Origin: Nitrospira sp.
Lineage (GTDB): Bacteria > Nitrospirota > Nitrospiria > Nitrospirales > Nitrospiraceae
Length of the DNA: 64,000 nucleotides
Assembly: GCA_047150005.1 (NCBI GenBank)
Contig: AP038806.1
Span: forward strand, 384,001-448,000
Direction of reading: 5' to 3'
In this document: piece by piece, positions 1 to 9,338 of the stretch
Layout of the letters: each line of letters begins with the position of its first letter
Numbering within the stretch: position 1 is the stretch's first letter
Notes under the pieces: model-generated
The model's input: only the letters and a program-made list of their open reading frames with translations
Databases searched by the model: none
What the model was told of the DNA's origin: nothing
Made by a program: the position numbers and the translations under genes

Positions 1-404
1 TTGCGAAGCCCCCGGGTGAGCATCGACCACTTGCCCGGGGTCCAGCCATGCGGATACTCGAAGAGGGTCACGAATCGCACACGTGGGAGCAACGCCCGGC
101 AGATGGTCGGCGCGAACGTCATCATGGGATGCTCGTTGTAGATCCATCCGATATAGATCAAAAACACGACGTCCGGGGAACAACGCTTCATGAAGGTGAT
201 CAAGCGCGGCAGGTCCGACCATGACCAATCGGTCATCACAGGGTACGCGGTGAACGGCTCATTGACCGGTTCCTCATGGCCCTTTGTCGTCAACACGTGC
301 ACATCCAATCCCTTCTGTCCCAGCTGCCGGGAAAGATTCAGCGCATGGTCCGCTTCGCCGGCTCGCATCGGCGGAAAGGCAGCGGTTATCAGAAGGACTT
401 TCAT
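1..404 (-). CDS. Glycosyltransferase (GT4/GT-B N-terminal part), runs off the window edge
   Basis: Manual translation from ATG at 404: MKVLLITAAFPPMRAGEADHALNLSRQLGQKGLDVHVLT..., a typical GT4 N-terminus; open to position 1. Confidence 0.8.
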   Translation of the reverse strand, partial: MKVLLITAAFPPMRAGEADHALNLSRQLGQKGLDVHVLTTKGHEEPVNEPFTAYPVMTDWSWSDLPRLITFMKRCSPDVVFLIYIGWIYNEHPMMTFAPTICRALLPRVRFVTLFEYPHGWTPGKWSMLTRGLR

Positions 405-410
405 TCGCAC

Positions 411-1892
411 CTACTTCGCCATCAGCATGATGAGACCGGCAGCCGCTCCGACGACATAACTCATCCTGTCGCGGACTGCGAACACGATGGGATCATGAAA
501 CATTTGCCCCCGTGAACAGATGAGCCACATGCGACTGATCCAATACAAAATCACGGGGCACAGGAGCCAGAGAAGTGACGGCCTGGAATAGAGTTTCGCC
601 ACATCGGGGCTGCTGACATAGAGAGCCAGCACCAAGCAGGCCATATACCCGCTTGTCGGTCCCGCCGAGAGCACAAACTGGACGTCGCTGAGGCTATATC
701 CTCGTCCATAAGCGACATGCCCGCCCGATCGCCCCAACATCAACAGCTCGGAGCCTCGCTTGATAAAAGCCAAGCTGAGAAAGGTGAAGCCGGAAAACGC
801 CATCAACCATGGAGAGACGGATACTCCTATGGCCACAGAACCGGCGTAGATACGGATTGTATACAGTCCGCCCAAGCTGAGCACATCGACGACGGCCCTT
901 TTCTTGAGATCGACCGAATAGGCCGTCGTCCCCACAAAGTAGAGAGCCAGGAGCCAGTTGAACATTGCCGGCAAGACCGATGCGACCGCAAAACCGGCAC
1001 CCAAAAACACCGGCGCGATGAGGAGTCCCCACCAGGGCGACAGGTTTCCCGCTGCAAAGGGGCGTTTTTGCTTCGAAGGGTGTTGGCGGTCCGATTCCAT
1101 GTCGAGCAGATCGTTCAGCACATAGGCGCTCGACGCGCAGAAACTGAAGGCCACAAACCCGATGACGGCCATCAGGCTCAACCGCCCTTCAGTAATCCGG
1201 TGCGACGTGATCAACGGGACGAAGAGCAGCACGTTCTTTACCCATTGGTGCGGCCGAATGACTGCCACGATGTACCGAAGCGGGTTGACTCGCGGCTCAA
1301 AAACCTCAGTGACGTGGGCTCGACGCCGAGCGCGTTTCAGGATGCGGTCAGGGGCGCCCACCACGATGGCTTGTCTAGCGTGCTCCCAGATAATCAGATC
1401 CACCCGTTCATTTCCGGCATAGTCAAACCCTCTTTCGCCGAATCGTGCAGTGAGGGCCCGAACCTTCGCTTCACCAGTAAGATTGATCCCTCCTCCCGTC
1501 GCCATGACATCGTCAAAGAGGCGGAGATGGTCCGCCACTCGCCGGGCGATCTCCATATGGGCGCCGGTAATCAAGACCAACTTACGACCGGCGTCATGCT
1601 GCGCTCGAAGATAGTTCAGGAACTCCGTCCGATACGGAAGGCGGGTTACGTCCGGAACGACGCGACGCGCCAGTTCCTGCTTCACGTGGGCTTTACCTCT
1701 CAACATCCAAACGAAGAGCATGATGAGATAAGACGCGTTCGATTTCAGCAGTACGATAATCGATTCGATAAGACTGTCCGTCCTCAGCAGGGTTCCGTCC
1801 ATATCGACGCAGAGGGGACAATCGAGGTCGACCGCGGCCTCACCATCGCCCCGCTCGCCGGCCTGTTGCCTTACTGAATTACGCGTGATCAT
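411..1892 (-). CDS. HAD-like domain fused to UbiA-family prenyltransferase (polyprenyl-phosphate phosphoribosyltransferase-like)
   Basis: N-terminal DMDGTL HAD motif; RPHQWVKN, YVLNDLLD..DRQHPSK..RP and C-terminal HDPIVFA typical of DPPR-synthase-like UbiA. Confidence 0.85.
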   Translation of the reverse strand: MITRNSVRQQAGERGDGEAAVDLDCPLCVDMDGTLLRTDSLIESIIVLLKSNASYLIMLFVWMLRGKAHVKQELARRVVPDVTRLPYRTEFLNYLRAQHDAGRKLVLITGAHMEIARRVADHLRLFDDVMATGGGINLTGEAKVRALTARFGERGFDYAGNERVDLIIWEHARQAIVVGAPDRILKRARRRAHVTEVFEPRVNPLRYIVAVIRPHQWVKNVLLFVPLITSHRITEGRLSLMAVIGFVAFSFCASSAYVLNDLLDMESDRQHPSKQKRPFAAGNLSPWWGLLIAPVFLGAGFAVASVLPAMFNWLLALYFVGTTAYSVDLKKRAVVDVLSLGGLYTIRIYAGSVAIGVSVSPWLMAFSGFTFLSLAFIKRGSELLMLGRSGGHVAYGRGYSLSDVQFVLSAGPTSGYMACLVLALYVSSPDVAKLYSRPSLLWLLCPVILYWISRMWLICSRGQMFHDPIVFAVRDRMSYVVGAAAGLIMLMAK

Positions 1893-2291
1893 GGTCCAAT
1901 TCGTACAGAGCTACCGTTGTGTACTTTGCGAACAGCTTCAGGGTTGTCGTCACGATACTTGTACTGCACTCCAGATTGTCGAATATGTTTTATCGGCTTC
2001 AGTAACGCGGCTCGGCGTTTCTGCCTCCGTTACGACCACGAGGGCACAAGGAGCAAAGTTGTTCGGGCCTCCATGCAACGAAGCTCTGGCAGATTCATTG
2101 CTGAAGCGAATGTGCCTAATGCATACGTTATCGGTTCTCATCCCATTGAGCAAGATCCATAGAGGATATTCATAGGTATTTCCCCACTCCGTTCACAATC
2201 CGATGTCAGCGCAGCCCTTGTCCCGGACCAGGATCGGCAACCCATTGTACATCGCGAGTCAGGGGATAGAAGCGTATTCGAACGATTCGAG

Positions 2292-2546
2292 TTACGTGGG
2301 ACCGGCCCCTTTTCTTGCATCGATCAGGTCGATCAGGTCTCCGACGTTGTTCATGCTCATGATCTCACGCAGTTTCAATTTAATTCCGAACGCGGTTTCC
2401 ACCGCGCTGATCAGTTGGATGTGGCGCAAAGAATCCCACTTTTCCACATCGTGCGCGGTCATCTCACGAGTAATCGTCAGGTCCTTTTCTTCGAGAACTT
2501 TCTCGAACACGGACTTCAGGATTCCGACAATGTCTTCATGTTTCAT
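2292..2546 (-). CDS. Acyl/aminoacyl carrier protein (DltC-like)
   Basis: 84 aa from ATG 2546; WDSL phosphopantetheine-attachment Ser; follows the adenylation enzyme gene. Confidence 0.9.
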   Translation of the reverse strand: MKHEDIVGILKSVFEKVLEEKDLTITREMTAHDVEKWDSLRHIQLISAVETAFGIKLKLREIMSMNNVGDLIDLIDARKGAGPT

Positions 2547-2601
2547 TGATGTCTCACCTTTACATACGGGGAGCACATGCACCGCACGTCCCGACGGGCT
2601 G

Positions 2602-4170
2602 TTAAGCACCGGATCGGACCCCCTCTTGTTGATTCGCCGCCAACTTTTGCAGGTAAGCATTTTTCAAGGCCTTGCGATCGGTTTTACCATTGCTGTTGAG
2701 GGGGAAGAGCCCGACCGTGATGATCTCCTTAGGAAGCATGTATGCCGGAAGATGCTTTTTCAAATGATCCTCCAGGCCCTTTTTCAGCTCCTTTTCGCTC
2801 TCGATGAACAGGAGTATGTAGTGGCTGCCCGTCTCGCCGGTATTCACCGCGGCAACCACCTGCTTGTCTTCGCAGAACACGCGGGTATGAAATTCGATTT
2901 CTTCGAGCTCGACGCGGTGGCCGTCGATTTTTACCTGGTTGTCTATCCGCCCTAGGTAGAGAAAATCGCCTTCCTTGTCGACTTTGCACAGGTCTCCGGT
3001 TCTGTAATATCTCTTGCCGTCCTTCGTGGTCCCGAATGCCTCCGCAGTTTTTGACGGATTGTTCCAATAGCCAAGGGTGACCTGCTCGCCGCTCAGGCAG
3101 AGATCTCCCTCCTCATCCGATGAGTTGTCATTCATTTTGAACGCATCCATTCCTTCCATACCTTTGCCGATGGGAACAATTCCCTTCCCTTGCGGGTGCG
3201 GTGGTTCTCCCCGTAGCCATTCGTACCGCATGCAAAAGATCGTCGCTTCAGTGGGCCCGTATAGATTTTCGATCTTGGCGTTGGGTACGCACTTAGCCCA
3301 CCCGGACAGGGTTTCATGATACAACGCCTCACCGCAGAACAGGCTGTATTTCACCTTCGGAAGGTTCAGCTCTCCAAAATAGGGTTTCAGGTAGTTGATG
3401 ACCGATGGAACCAGCAGAGCGACGGTGATGTCCTTGGTTTCGAGGATGTCGGCCACTTCCAAGTACGCGATGCCCTTCCGGGGAATCGGATAGAAACTCG
3501 CGCCTACCGAGAGGGGGACAAGGAAGGAGAAAATCGAGAGGTCAAAGGTGAGCTCAAACATTTGAATGAAGCGGTCATTCTCGTTGAATTCATACTTCCC
3601 GCTATCCAACATCATGTCGAGAAATGCCGAGAGGTTCCGCTGATAAATAGGAACGCCCTTGGGTTTCCCCGTGGTGCCGGAGGTGAACAGCAAGTAGCAA
3701 GGATCTTCCTGCATCAGATCTATCGGATCCAATCTGCCAAAGTCTGGATTGACCCGGTTGTTCAGCGGCCGACACTCAGTACCGGACGGACCGCAGAGTT
3801 CCCGGACCGTATCTTCTTTGTCGGTGAACAACAGCAGCTTGATGCCGGCATCGGCGATAATTCCCACGTTTCGTTCCACAGGAGTATGAGGATTCAACGG
3901 AACGTAACAGGCCCCGCAGGATAGGATTCCGAGCAGGGAGGCGTATGTAAACACATTGTCCTCCATAAGCACACCTACACGATCTCCCCTTCTGATGCCA
4001 TGGGAGCTTATAAGTGTACTGATGGACAAGGAGAAGCCCGTTAATTCGCGGTAGGTGTATGATCGATCCCCGACACAGACGGCCGGATCGTCCGGAAAGC
4101 GAGCTGAACATTCGACAAACCTGGAAAGAATCGACGTTCCCTTCCCAGATGTCCTTTTCTCATCAGCCAT
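2602..4170 (-). CDS. Stand-alone amino-acid adenylation enzyme (DltA-like)
   Basis: YLLFTSGTTGKPKG, FDLS, LFCGE, NLYGPTE, YRTGD, GRIDNQVKIDGHRVELEEIE and NGKTDR A-domain core motifs. Confidence 0.9.
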   Translation of the reverse strand: MADEKRTSGKGTSILSRFVECSARFPDDPAVCVGDRSYTYRELTGFSLSISTLISSHGIRRGDRVGVLMEDNVFTYASLLGILSCGACYVPLNPHTPVERNVGIIADAGIKLLLFTDKEDTVRELCGPSGTECRPLNNRVNPDFGRLDPIDLMQEDPCYLLFTSGTTGKPKGVPIYQRNLSAFLDMMLDSGKYEFNENDRFIQMFELTFDLSIFSFLVPLSVGASFYPIPRKGIAYLEVADILETKDITVALLVPSVINYLKPYFGELNLPKVKYSLFCGEALYHETLSGWAKCVPNAKIENLYGPTEATIFCMRYEWLRGEPPHPQGKGIVPIGKGMEGMDAFKMNDNSSDEEGDLCLSGEQVTLGYWNNPSKTAEAFGTTKDGKRYYRTGDLCKVDKEGDFLYLGRIDNQVKIDGHRVELEEIEFHTRVFCEDKQVVAAVNTGETGSHYILLFIESEKELKKGLEDHLKKHLPAYMLPKEIITVGLFPLNSNGKTDRKALKNAYLQKLAANQQEGVRSGA

Positions 4171-4243
4171 TATTCGCTCCTTTCCTGCTTCGCAGGGAAT
4201 GCAACGGCCTTCTCCGTTGTAGAGAATAAGTCCCAGCCGGATG

Positions 4244-5776
4244 CTAAAACAAGGTATACATGAATGGCGTGACGGCGATCACCGCTTCCCTCGTATACAT
4301 GACCAATCCGACCAACAACGCCAGCACTGAGAGTGCCGGCGCAAACCACCACCACAGTCTCCCCGCGAAGAAATCGAACAGGGCGCCGATGATCAAGGTA
4401 ACATCGGCCGCCGGCACCGGACCGGTCCCGGTCATCGGTGTTCGTGGTTCGCTGATGGCCTCCCTGTAGCGCGTTCTCCAGGATCGCAACAAGGAGTGTC
4501 CGCCCGTGACGGCAAAATAGCCGATCGCGCTGGCGAACGTGAGCACGTAAAAGCTGTGCGGCATGGCCAAATGCCCGTAGGCCGCAGGCGTCATCGCGGT
4601 CCCCAACATCGTCCAAGCCTGGGTCAAATCATTGGCACGGAAAAAGATAAACCCCACCGCAAGCAGCAGAAAAGTCACTCCCCACGAAAGAACCACTCCC
4701 ACCTCGCGCGGCGGACGGAGAGTGAATTTCCGCTTCACCTGCTGGCCCACACGGTGCATAACCAACACCAGACCGTGGTACATACCGTACACAACGTAGG
4801 TCCATTTGGCTCCATGCCACAGCCCGAAGAGCGTCATAGAGATAATAAGCCCCACATAGGGCCACCAACTGTATTGTCGCCCGGCGACAGCAAGCGGGTT
4901 GTACACATAGTCGCGAATCCAGAAGGAAAGCGACATGTGCCAGCGTGTCCAGAACATAGATGGAGTGATTGAAAGGAAGGGGCGATCAAAGTTTTCCGGG
5001 AGGCGGATGCCGAAGATGCGCGCGGTTCCAATGACCATATGCGAATAGCCCGCGAAGTCAAAAAATAGAAGGAACCCAAACCCGATACCCAAGAGCCACA
5101 CATCGACAGCCCCCCACCCACCTCTCATCTGATCGAACCCAGCGGCAACACCTTCACCGGGCACCCATCCTGCTGCCAGGATGTGGGCAAGCACATACTT
5201 CATCATGACGCCTTGGATAATCCGAAGACTTCCCACGGACAGATCGTCCCAGTTCAGGTGAGACAATTGGCGAAATTGCGGCAACATGCGTGGGAGGCGG
5301 CAAACAGGACCGGACATCACCGTCGGCCAGAACGCCATAAAAAGACAAAACTCGAGCGGAGAAGGGTCCAGTTCCTCTTCATAATAGATATCGAACAGGT
5401 ATGACAGTCCTTGGAATGTCCAAAAGGACATTCCAAGCGGCATGAGGATTTGCCGCCCAAGATCATATTCCCATGAACCAGCTGGGCCAAGCTCCAGCAA
5501 CGCAGGCAAGTATTTGCAAAACGCCAGGGGCAGAAGGTTAAGCGCGACGCCGAGCCACAAACGTGGCGCCGTCGCTTTTCGGCGCAGGGCTTGGCCGCAG
5601 ACGTAATTCATGAGCGAGCTGGCGATCAAGATACACAGAAAGCCGATTCCCCAACTGGCATAGAAGAGATAACTGGCGGCCAGAAACAGCAGCTGCCGTC
5701 CCCTGACAGAGGGCAGGCGCCACCCCACCAGCATGAGGAGAAGAACGACAGACAGATAGCCTACAGTCTGGATCAT
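4244..5776 (-). CDS. MBOAT acyltransferase (DltB/AlgI family)
   Basis: PLGMSFWTFQ, DFAGYS, ENFDRP, FWTRWHMSLSFWIRDYVY, GLWHG catalytic His; C-terminal PFMYTLF. Confidence 0.9.
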   Translation of the reverse strand: MIQTVGYLSVVLLLMLVGWRLPSVRGRQLLFLAASYLFYASWGIGFLCILIASSLMNYVCGQALRRKATAPRLWLGVALNLLPLAFCKYLPALLELGPAGSWEYDLGRQILMPLGMSFWTFQGLSYLFDIYYEEELDPSPLEFCLFMAFWPTVMSGPVCRLPRMLPQFRQLSHLNWDDLSVGSLRIIQGVMMKYVLAHILAAGWVPGEGVAAGFDQMRGGWGAVDVWLLGIGFGFLLFFDFAGYSHMVIGTARIFGIRLPENFDRPFLSITPSMFWTRWHMSLSFWIRDYVYNPLAVAGRQYSWWPYVGLIISMTLFGLWHGAKWTYVVYGMYHGLVLVMHRVGQQVKRKFTLRPPREVGVVLSWGVTFLLLAVGFIFFRANDLTQAWTMLGTAMTPAAYGHLAMPHSFYVLTFASAIGYFAVTGGHSLLRSWRTRYREAISEPRTPMTGTGPVPAADVTLIIGALFDFFAGRLWWWFAPALSVLALLVGLVMYTREAVIAVTPFMYTLF

Positions 5777-6972
5777 CGAAGTCCCTCTGACCCGGCAATA
5801 GCTCTCAACATCTTCTCGGCAATCAATTGGTTCCCAACTGGCGTGACATGGCTGTCGTCAATCCAGATAAGTGAATCGTAGGCATCAAAGATAGGAACCA
5901 TCGAGTAGAGGTTCGGATATTTGGGCGATTCCCTTTCGATTGCTTGATAAACAGTTGTAACAAGCTTGTGCAGCGCCGCCTCGCTTTCCGTCCTGCGTTT
6001 CATTTCTTGTTCTTCGGATGTGAGAGGTTTGTTGCCCATCGAGACTTGTGGCGGCAAGAAAATGAAATACTTGAAACCGTATTCTTGGGCAAGCGCACCC
6101 ACAATCTTGTAGTTTCCAAAATATTCCTTCACGACCAAATCACTCAAAGTGCCGGCGTCAATTCCCATGCTTTCATACGTGATTAGCTTGTGGGGAGCCG
6201 GTTGTCCCTGATTCGAATCGGCAATGGTCAGTTTCCCCATGAGTAGGTCTATCAGCTTGTATGAGTAGCTGCCTCTCAACCGATCTAGAAAGGTGTCCGG
6301 CTCTCGATGCCCTCCGAACCGAGCAGCCATTTGATCGAGGTTCTGAAGAATGCCGACTCGACCTGATTGGTATGCGGTATATATGTCATCCCCAATGGTG
6401 TAAAACACCGCCACATCCGGCACATTGCCGGACCGCAGCTGCATCAGAAGCATGATAATGTCTTGCATCGACACATAGGCCGATTCCGCAAAATTGGTCA
6501 CACAGACCGGCCCCTGTCTCATTTTCTCAAGCCCCTTCTGCAGATGCGCGGGGATTGTGCCCCAGCTCGGCGATCCCGTCCCCCACATTTCGGATGCGCC
6601 AAAGGTAAACACTTTGTACGAACCAGGCCTGCAATCCGCGCCAGGCGTCAACCTGACGCCCTCCTGATTGATTTCGATGGTCTGGCCTTTGAAGGGCGCT
6701 CTCCTCCAACCCACAAAGGAATAAAACTGTTGATTGCGGCTCAGCCGAAACTCGTGCCAAAACCGTTCACCCCAATCTTGAGTGGCATAGTATGAGACCT
6801 GTTCCCTCGGAGTCCCCTCCCCTGTCAGTTGCTCAGTCGGGCTCGTGGTCCCGGTCGGTATCTTCATCGTGAAAAATCCGAGAGCCGCCAATTCGAAACC
6901 GGCGAACGCAATAATGGCGTTCAGCACGAGGATGGCGACCCCTCGATATATGCACCTACTCATAAGGCTCAC
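5773..6972 (-). CDS. Membrane-anchored SGNH-fold protein (DltD/AlgJ-like)
   Basis: N-terminal TM helix, FGASEMWG block I, DDSHVT DxxH motif; stop overlaps the MBOAT start (ATGA); start may be ATG 6963. Confidence 0.8.
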   Translation of the reverse strand: MSLMSRCIYRGVAILVLNAIIAFAGFELAALGFFTMKIPTGTTSPTEQLTGEGTPREQVSYYATQDWGERFWHEFRLSRNQQFYSFVGWRRAPFKGQTIEINQEGVRLTPGADCRPGSYKVFTFGASEMWGTGSPSWGTIPAHLQKGLEKMRQGPVCVTNFAESAYVSMQDIIMLLMQLRSGNVPDVAVFYTIGDDIYTAYQSGRVGILQNLDQMAARFGGHREPDTFLDRLRGSYSYKLIDLLMGKLTIADSNQGQPAPHKLITYESMGIDAGTLSDLVVKEYFGNYKIVGALAQEYGFKYFIFLPPQVSMGNKPLTSEEQEMKRRTESEAALHKLVTTVYQAIERESPKYPNLYSMVPIFDAYDSLIWIDDSHVTPVGNQLIAEKMLRAIAGSEGLR

Positions 6973-7270
6973 CTGCGCTCCATTTTCGTTGTGGACCGGT
7001 AGAACCTACATCATGCCGGATATCAGCACGGCATCCATGACAGCTGTGGCTCCATGAAGCGAATCTTGACGTCGTGAAGAAGAATCTGGAAGGCCGTGGA
7101 GGGGACCGGGGCGTGATCGTATTGATGCCATCCTGATTGAGGTCGTCATCGAGCTATCACTGTGGTAAGCGCGATCATCCATGAGGTGCTCGGGCTTGGC
7201 TTCCAGCATGTAGCAGTTGAAACTGAGGAGGACCCACCTAACCTCATGATGATGGGCCGCATGCGAACGC

Positions 7271-7298
7271 ATTATAGCGGGTTTTGGCATCGACTCAA
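7271..7298 (-). promoter_or_regulatory. Putative sigma70 promoter for the SGNH-MBOAT-A domain-ACP module
   Basis: Minus strand reads TTGAGT-16 nt-TATAAT. Confidence 0.5.
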
Positions 7299-7322
7299 CT
7301 GTCTTTAGATAGGTTCTCTACC

Positions 7323-7739
7323 CTAATGGAGAGCTGATGGTCGCACAGCCCTGTCAGTGGCTTCACAACCGATACCATCCTGCTCAAGGCGCTCGACCAC
7401 CGCACGAGCCATAGCCTCGTATCCGGCTTGTGACGGATGGCCGCCGGCATCCTTCCCGAACGGATTGACGTCGGAGGCGATCAGCGCCTCGTGTCCTTCT
7501 GCATCCCAGAGATTGGCCAGATAGGGCTACCGCCCCAGGGATGCTTCCGCTCGCCTCCGAAATGCGGTCCATTTGGTCGGCGCACAGCCCTGGGCCATCA
7601 GTCGAAAGGCCTGCAAGGCAATGCGTTTTCCTTCCACCATCCGAGGGTCGGTATCGTCAAGGAACAACGTTCGATACTCAGGGTTGAAGTGGGTCGTCCG
7701 TTTTTGATCGCGGTATCTGGGACAGAGTCCTGCACTTGA
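7323..7739 (-). pseudogene. Remnant of an SGNH-hydrolase-like gene (C-terminal part)
   Basis: Frame reads ...FNPEYRTLFLDDTDPRMVEGKRIALQAFRLM...LGR*PYL...PFGKDAGGHPSQAGYEAMARAVVERL; in-frame TAG at 7527-7529; no N-terminal part. Confidence 0.5.
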
Positions 7740-7773
7740 CCAGAACGACGGTCAGACTCTTGATCTCGCGTTA

Positions 7774-9261
7774 CTATTGACGGGCCAGATTTGAAGGGGC
7801 CATTGCCTTGTCACTCACAATTTCGTGATACCAAGAGAGAAATCCATCGACTTGACCTTGTAAGTTGAATCGCTTGGCTGCGTCCAGAGCCGCATTCTCG
7901 CCCAGGCGACGGCGTAACGCTTCGTCGCGCAGCAACCGTTCGATTCCCGCCGCCATCGCCTGGGCATCACCGCCCGGAACCAGCACTCCAGTTGCCTCAG
8001 TGGTCCCATACTGATTTAATCCAGAATTCCACAAGCTGAATTGTGAGAGTTCCAACCCTTTTACCTGCTCCGGTATGCCGCCGATCCCAGTTGCCACCAC
8101 CGCCGTGCCGCAGGAGAGCGCTTCGATGACGGTTAAGGGACACACCTCGGCGCGAGCTGCGTGGACATAGAGATCGGCTGCTTGAAAATAGCGGGCCACG
8201 GCGTGACGATCTTTCTGGTAAGGGACGAATCGGACTTCCGCCAAGCCGATCCGTTCGGGCGGCCCCTCTTCACCCAACGCAATGAAGATCAGGTCACAAC
8301 CGTGCATGCTCTGAGCCACCGTAGCTACGGCGGCTTTCATGGTCGCATAATCTTTCCAAATGTTCCGCCGAATACCGTTGGCGGTAAAAAGCAGTACCTT
8401 GGCGTCCTGCGGGATGCCCAGTGCAGTGCGCACGCCCTGCCGGTCCGCCGGATGGAAAATGGAGAAGTCGACCCCATTTGGAATCACGCGAGCCTTCACA
8501 ATGGCCGGCGCGAGGATCGATTCTTCGACTCTTCGCATGAGCCAATGGGAGGGGGCCGTCACATAGAGCCGGCTCTTTGCAAAAATGTCCCGCTTCCGAC
8601 GCCAATTGAAGGCCGTGGCGTCGCGTTCGATGGTCGGATAGATACTAAGGTCCGGGCAGCGGCCACAGCCGGTTTTCCACCGATCGCAGTCAAACGAATG
8701 CGCGCAGTGACCGCTCAGTAACCAGGCATCTCGAAGATTGACGATGACCGGCACCTCATGGCTCAAGCTTGGGAGGACGCGCAGGTCGAAGTAGTTGCCA
8801 TGCAGGTTGTGGCAATGCACGATATCAGGCCTGCGCGGAGGCAGGCTCAACAATTGTCGCGTCCCGGGAAAATCAAACTCCTCCATCCCTAGGGATCGTT
8901 TCACCTGAAGCCAGGGATTCGACCAAGTTCTGAGCCATTCCCGTATTCGTCCTACCCCCGGCACGTCTTCTTCAATGGGCTGCAATCGTTCCTGGATATT
9001 CTCGTTGAGTCGCGTCCAGAGATTCCGAGGTCGCTCGTTGGGGATGACCAGCACATCCGGGTCGTCTGTGCGTTTCGTTCCCACGGCCAACCACGATTCG
9101 TGGCCTCGATCTTTATAGGCTCGATACAGGTTCCACGCCGAGCGCTCCGCGCCGCCGGCTCTGTCCGCTGTACAGACTTGTAGAATTCGCAAGGGGTGAG
9201 ATTCCACCGGGTTTGTATCTCCGTTCGCGGCATATGCACCTGGATTAATCGCTGTACTCAT
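7774..9261 (-). CDS. Glycosyltransferase family 4 (WcaC-like)
   Basis: RILQVCTADRAGGAE, DIVHCHNLHG, C-rich WKTGCGRCP, EVCPLTVIEA..G.AVVAT..GGIPE; start uncertain. Confidence 0.9.
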   Translation of the reverse strand: MSTAINPGAYAANGDTNPVESHPLRILQVCTADRAGGAERSAWNLYRAYKDRGHESWLAVGTKRTDDPDVLVIPNERPRNLWTRLNENIQERLQPIEEDVPGVGRIREWLRTWSNPWLQVKRSLGMEEFDFPGTRQLLSLPPRRPDIVHCHNLHGNYFDLRVLPSLSHEVPVIVNLRDAWLLSGHCAHSFDCDRWKTGCGRCPDLSIYPTIERDATAFNWRRKRDIFAKSRLYVTAPSHWLMRRVEESILAPAIVKARVIPNGVDFSIFHPADRQGVRTALGIPQDAKVLLFTANGIRRNIWKDYATMKAAVATVAQSMHGCDLIFIALGEEGPPERIGLAEVRFVPYQKDRHAVARYFQAADLYVHAARAEVCPLTVIEALSCGTAVVATGIGGIPEQVKGLELSQFSLWNSGLNQYGTTEATGVLVPGGDAQAMAAGIERLLRDEALRRRLGENAALDAAKRFNLQGQVDGFLSWYHEIVSDKAMAPSNLARQ

Positions 9262-9338
9262 TCCAGACCCTATGGGGACCGACTCTCTATGCCATGCTGG
9301 GTGAGCACTAAGGAGGAGCGGACGGCCTATCGTGCGGT

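Noticed and set aside
1893..2291. Small ORFs in the ubiA-ACP spacer
   Set aside because: No recognisable motifs or good SD; conflicting overlapping frames
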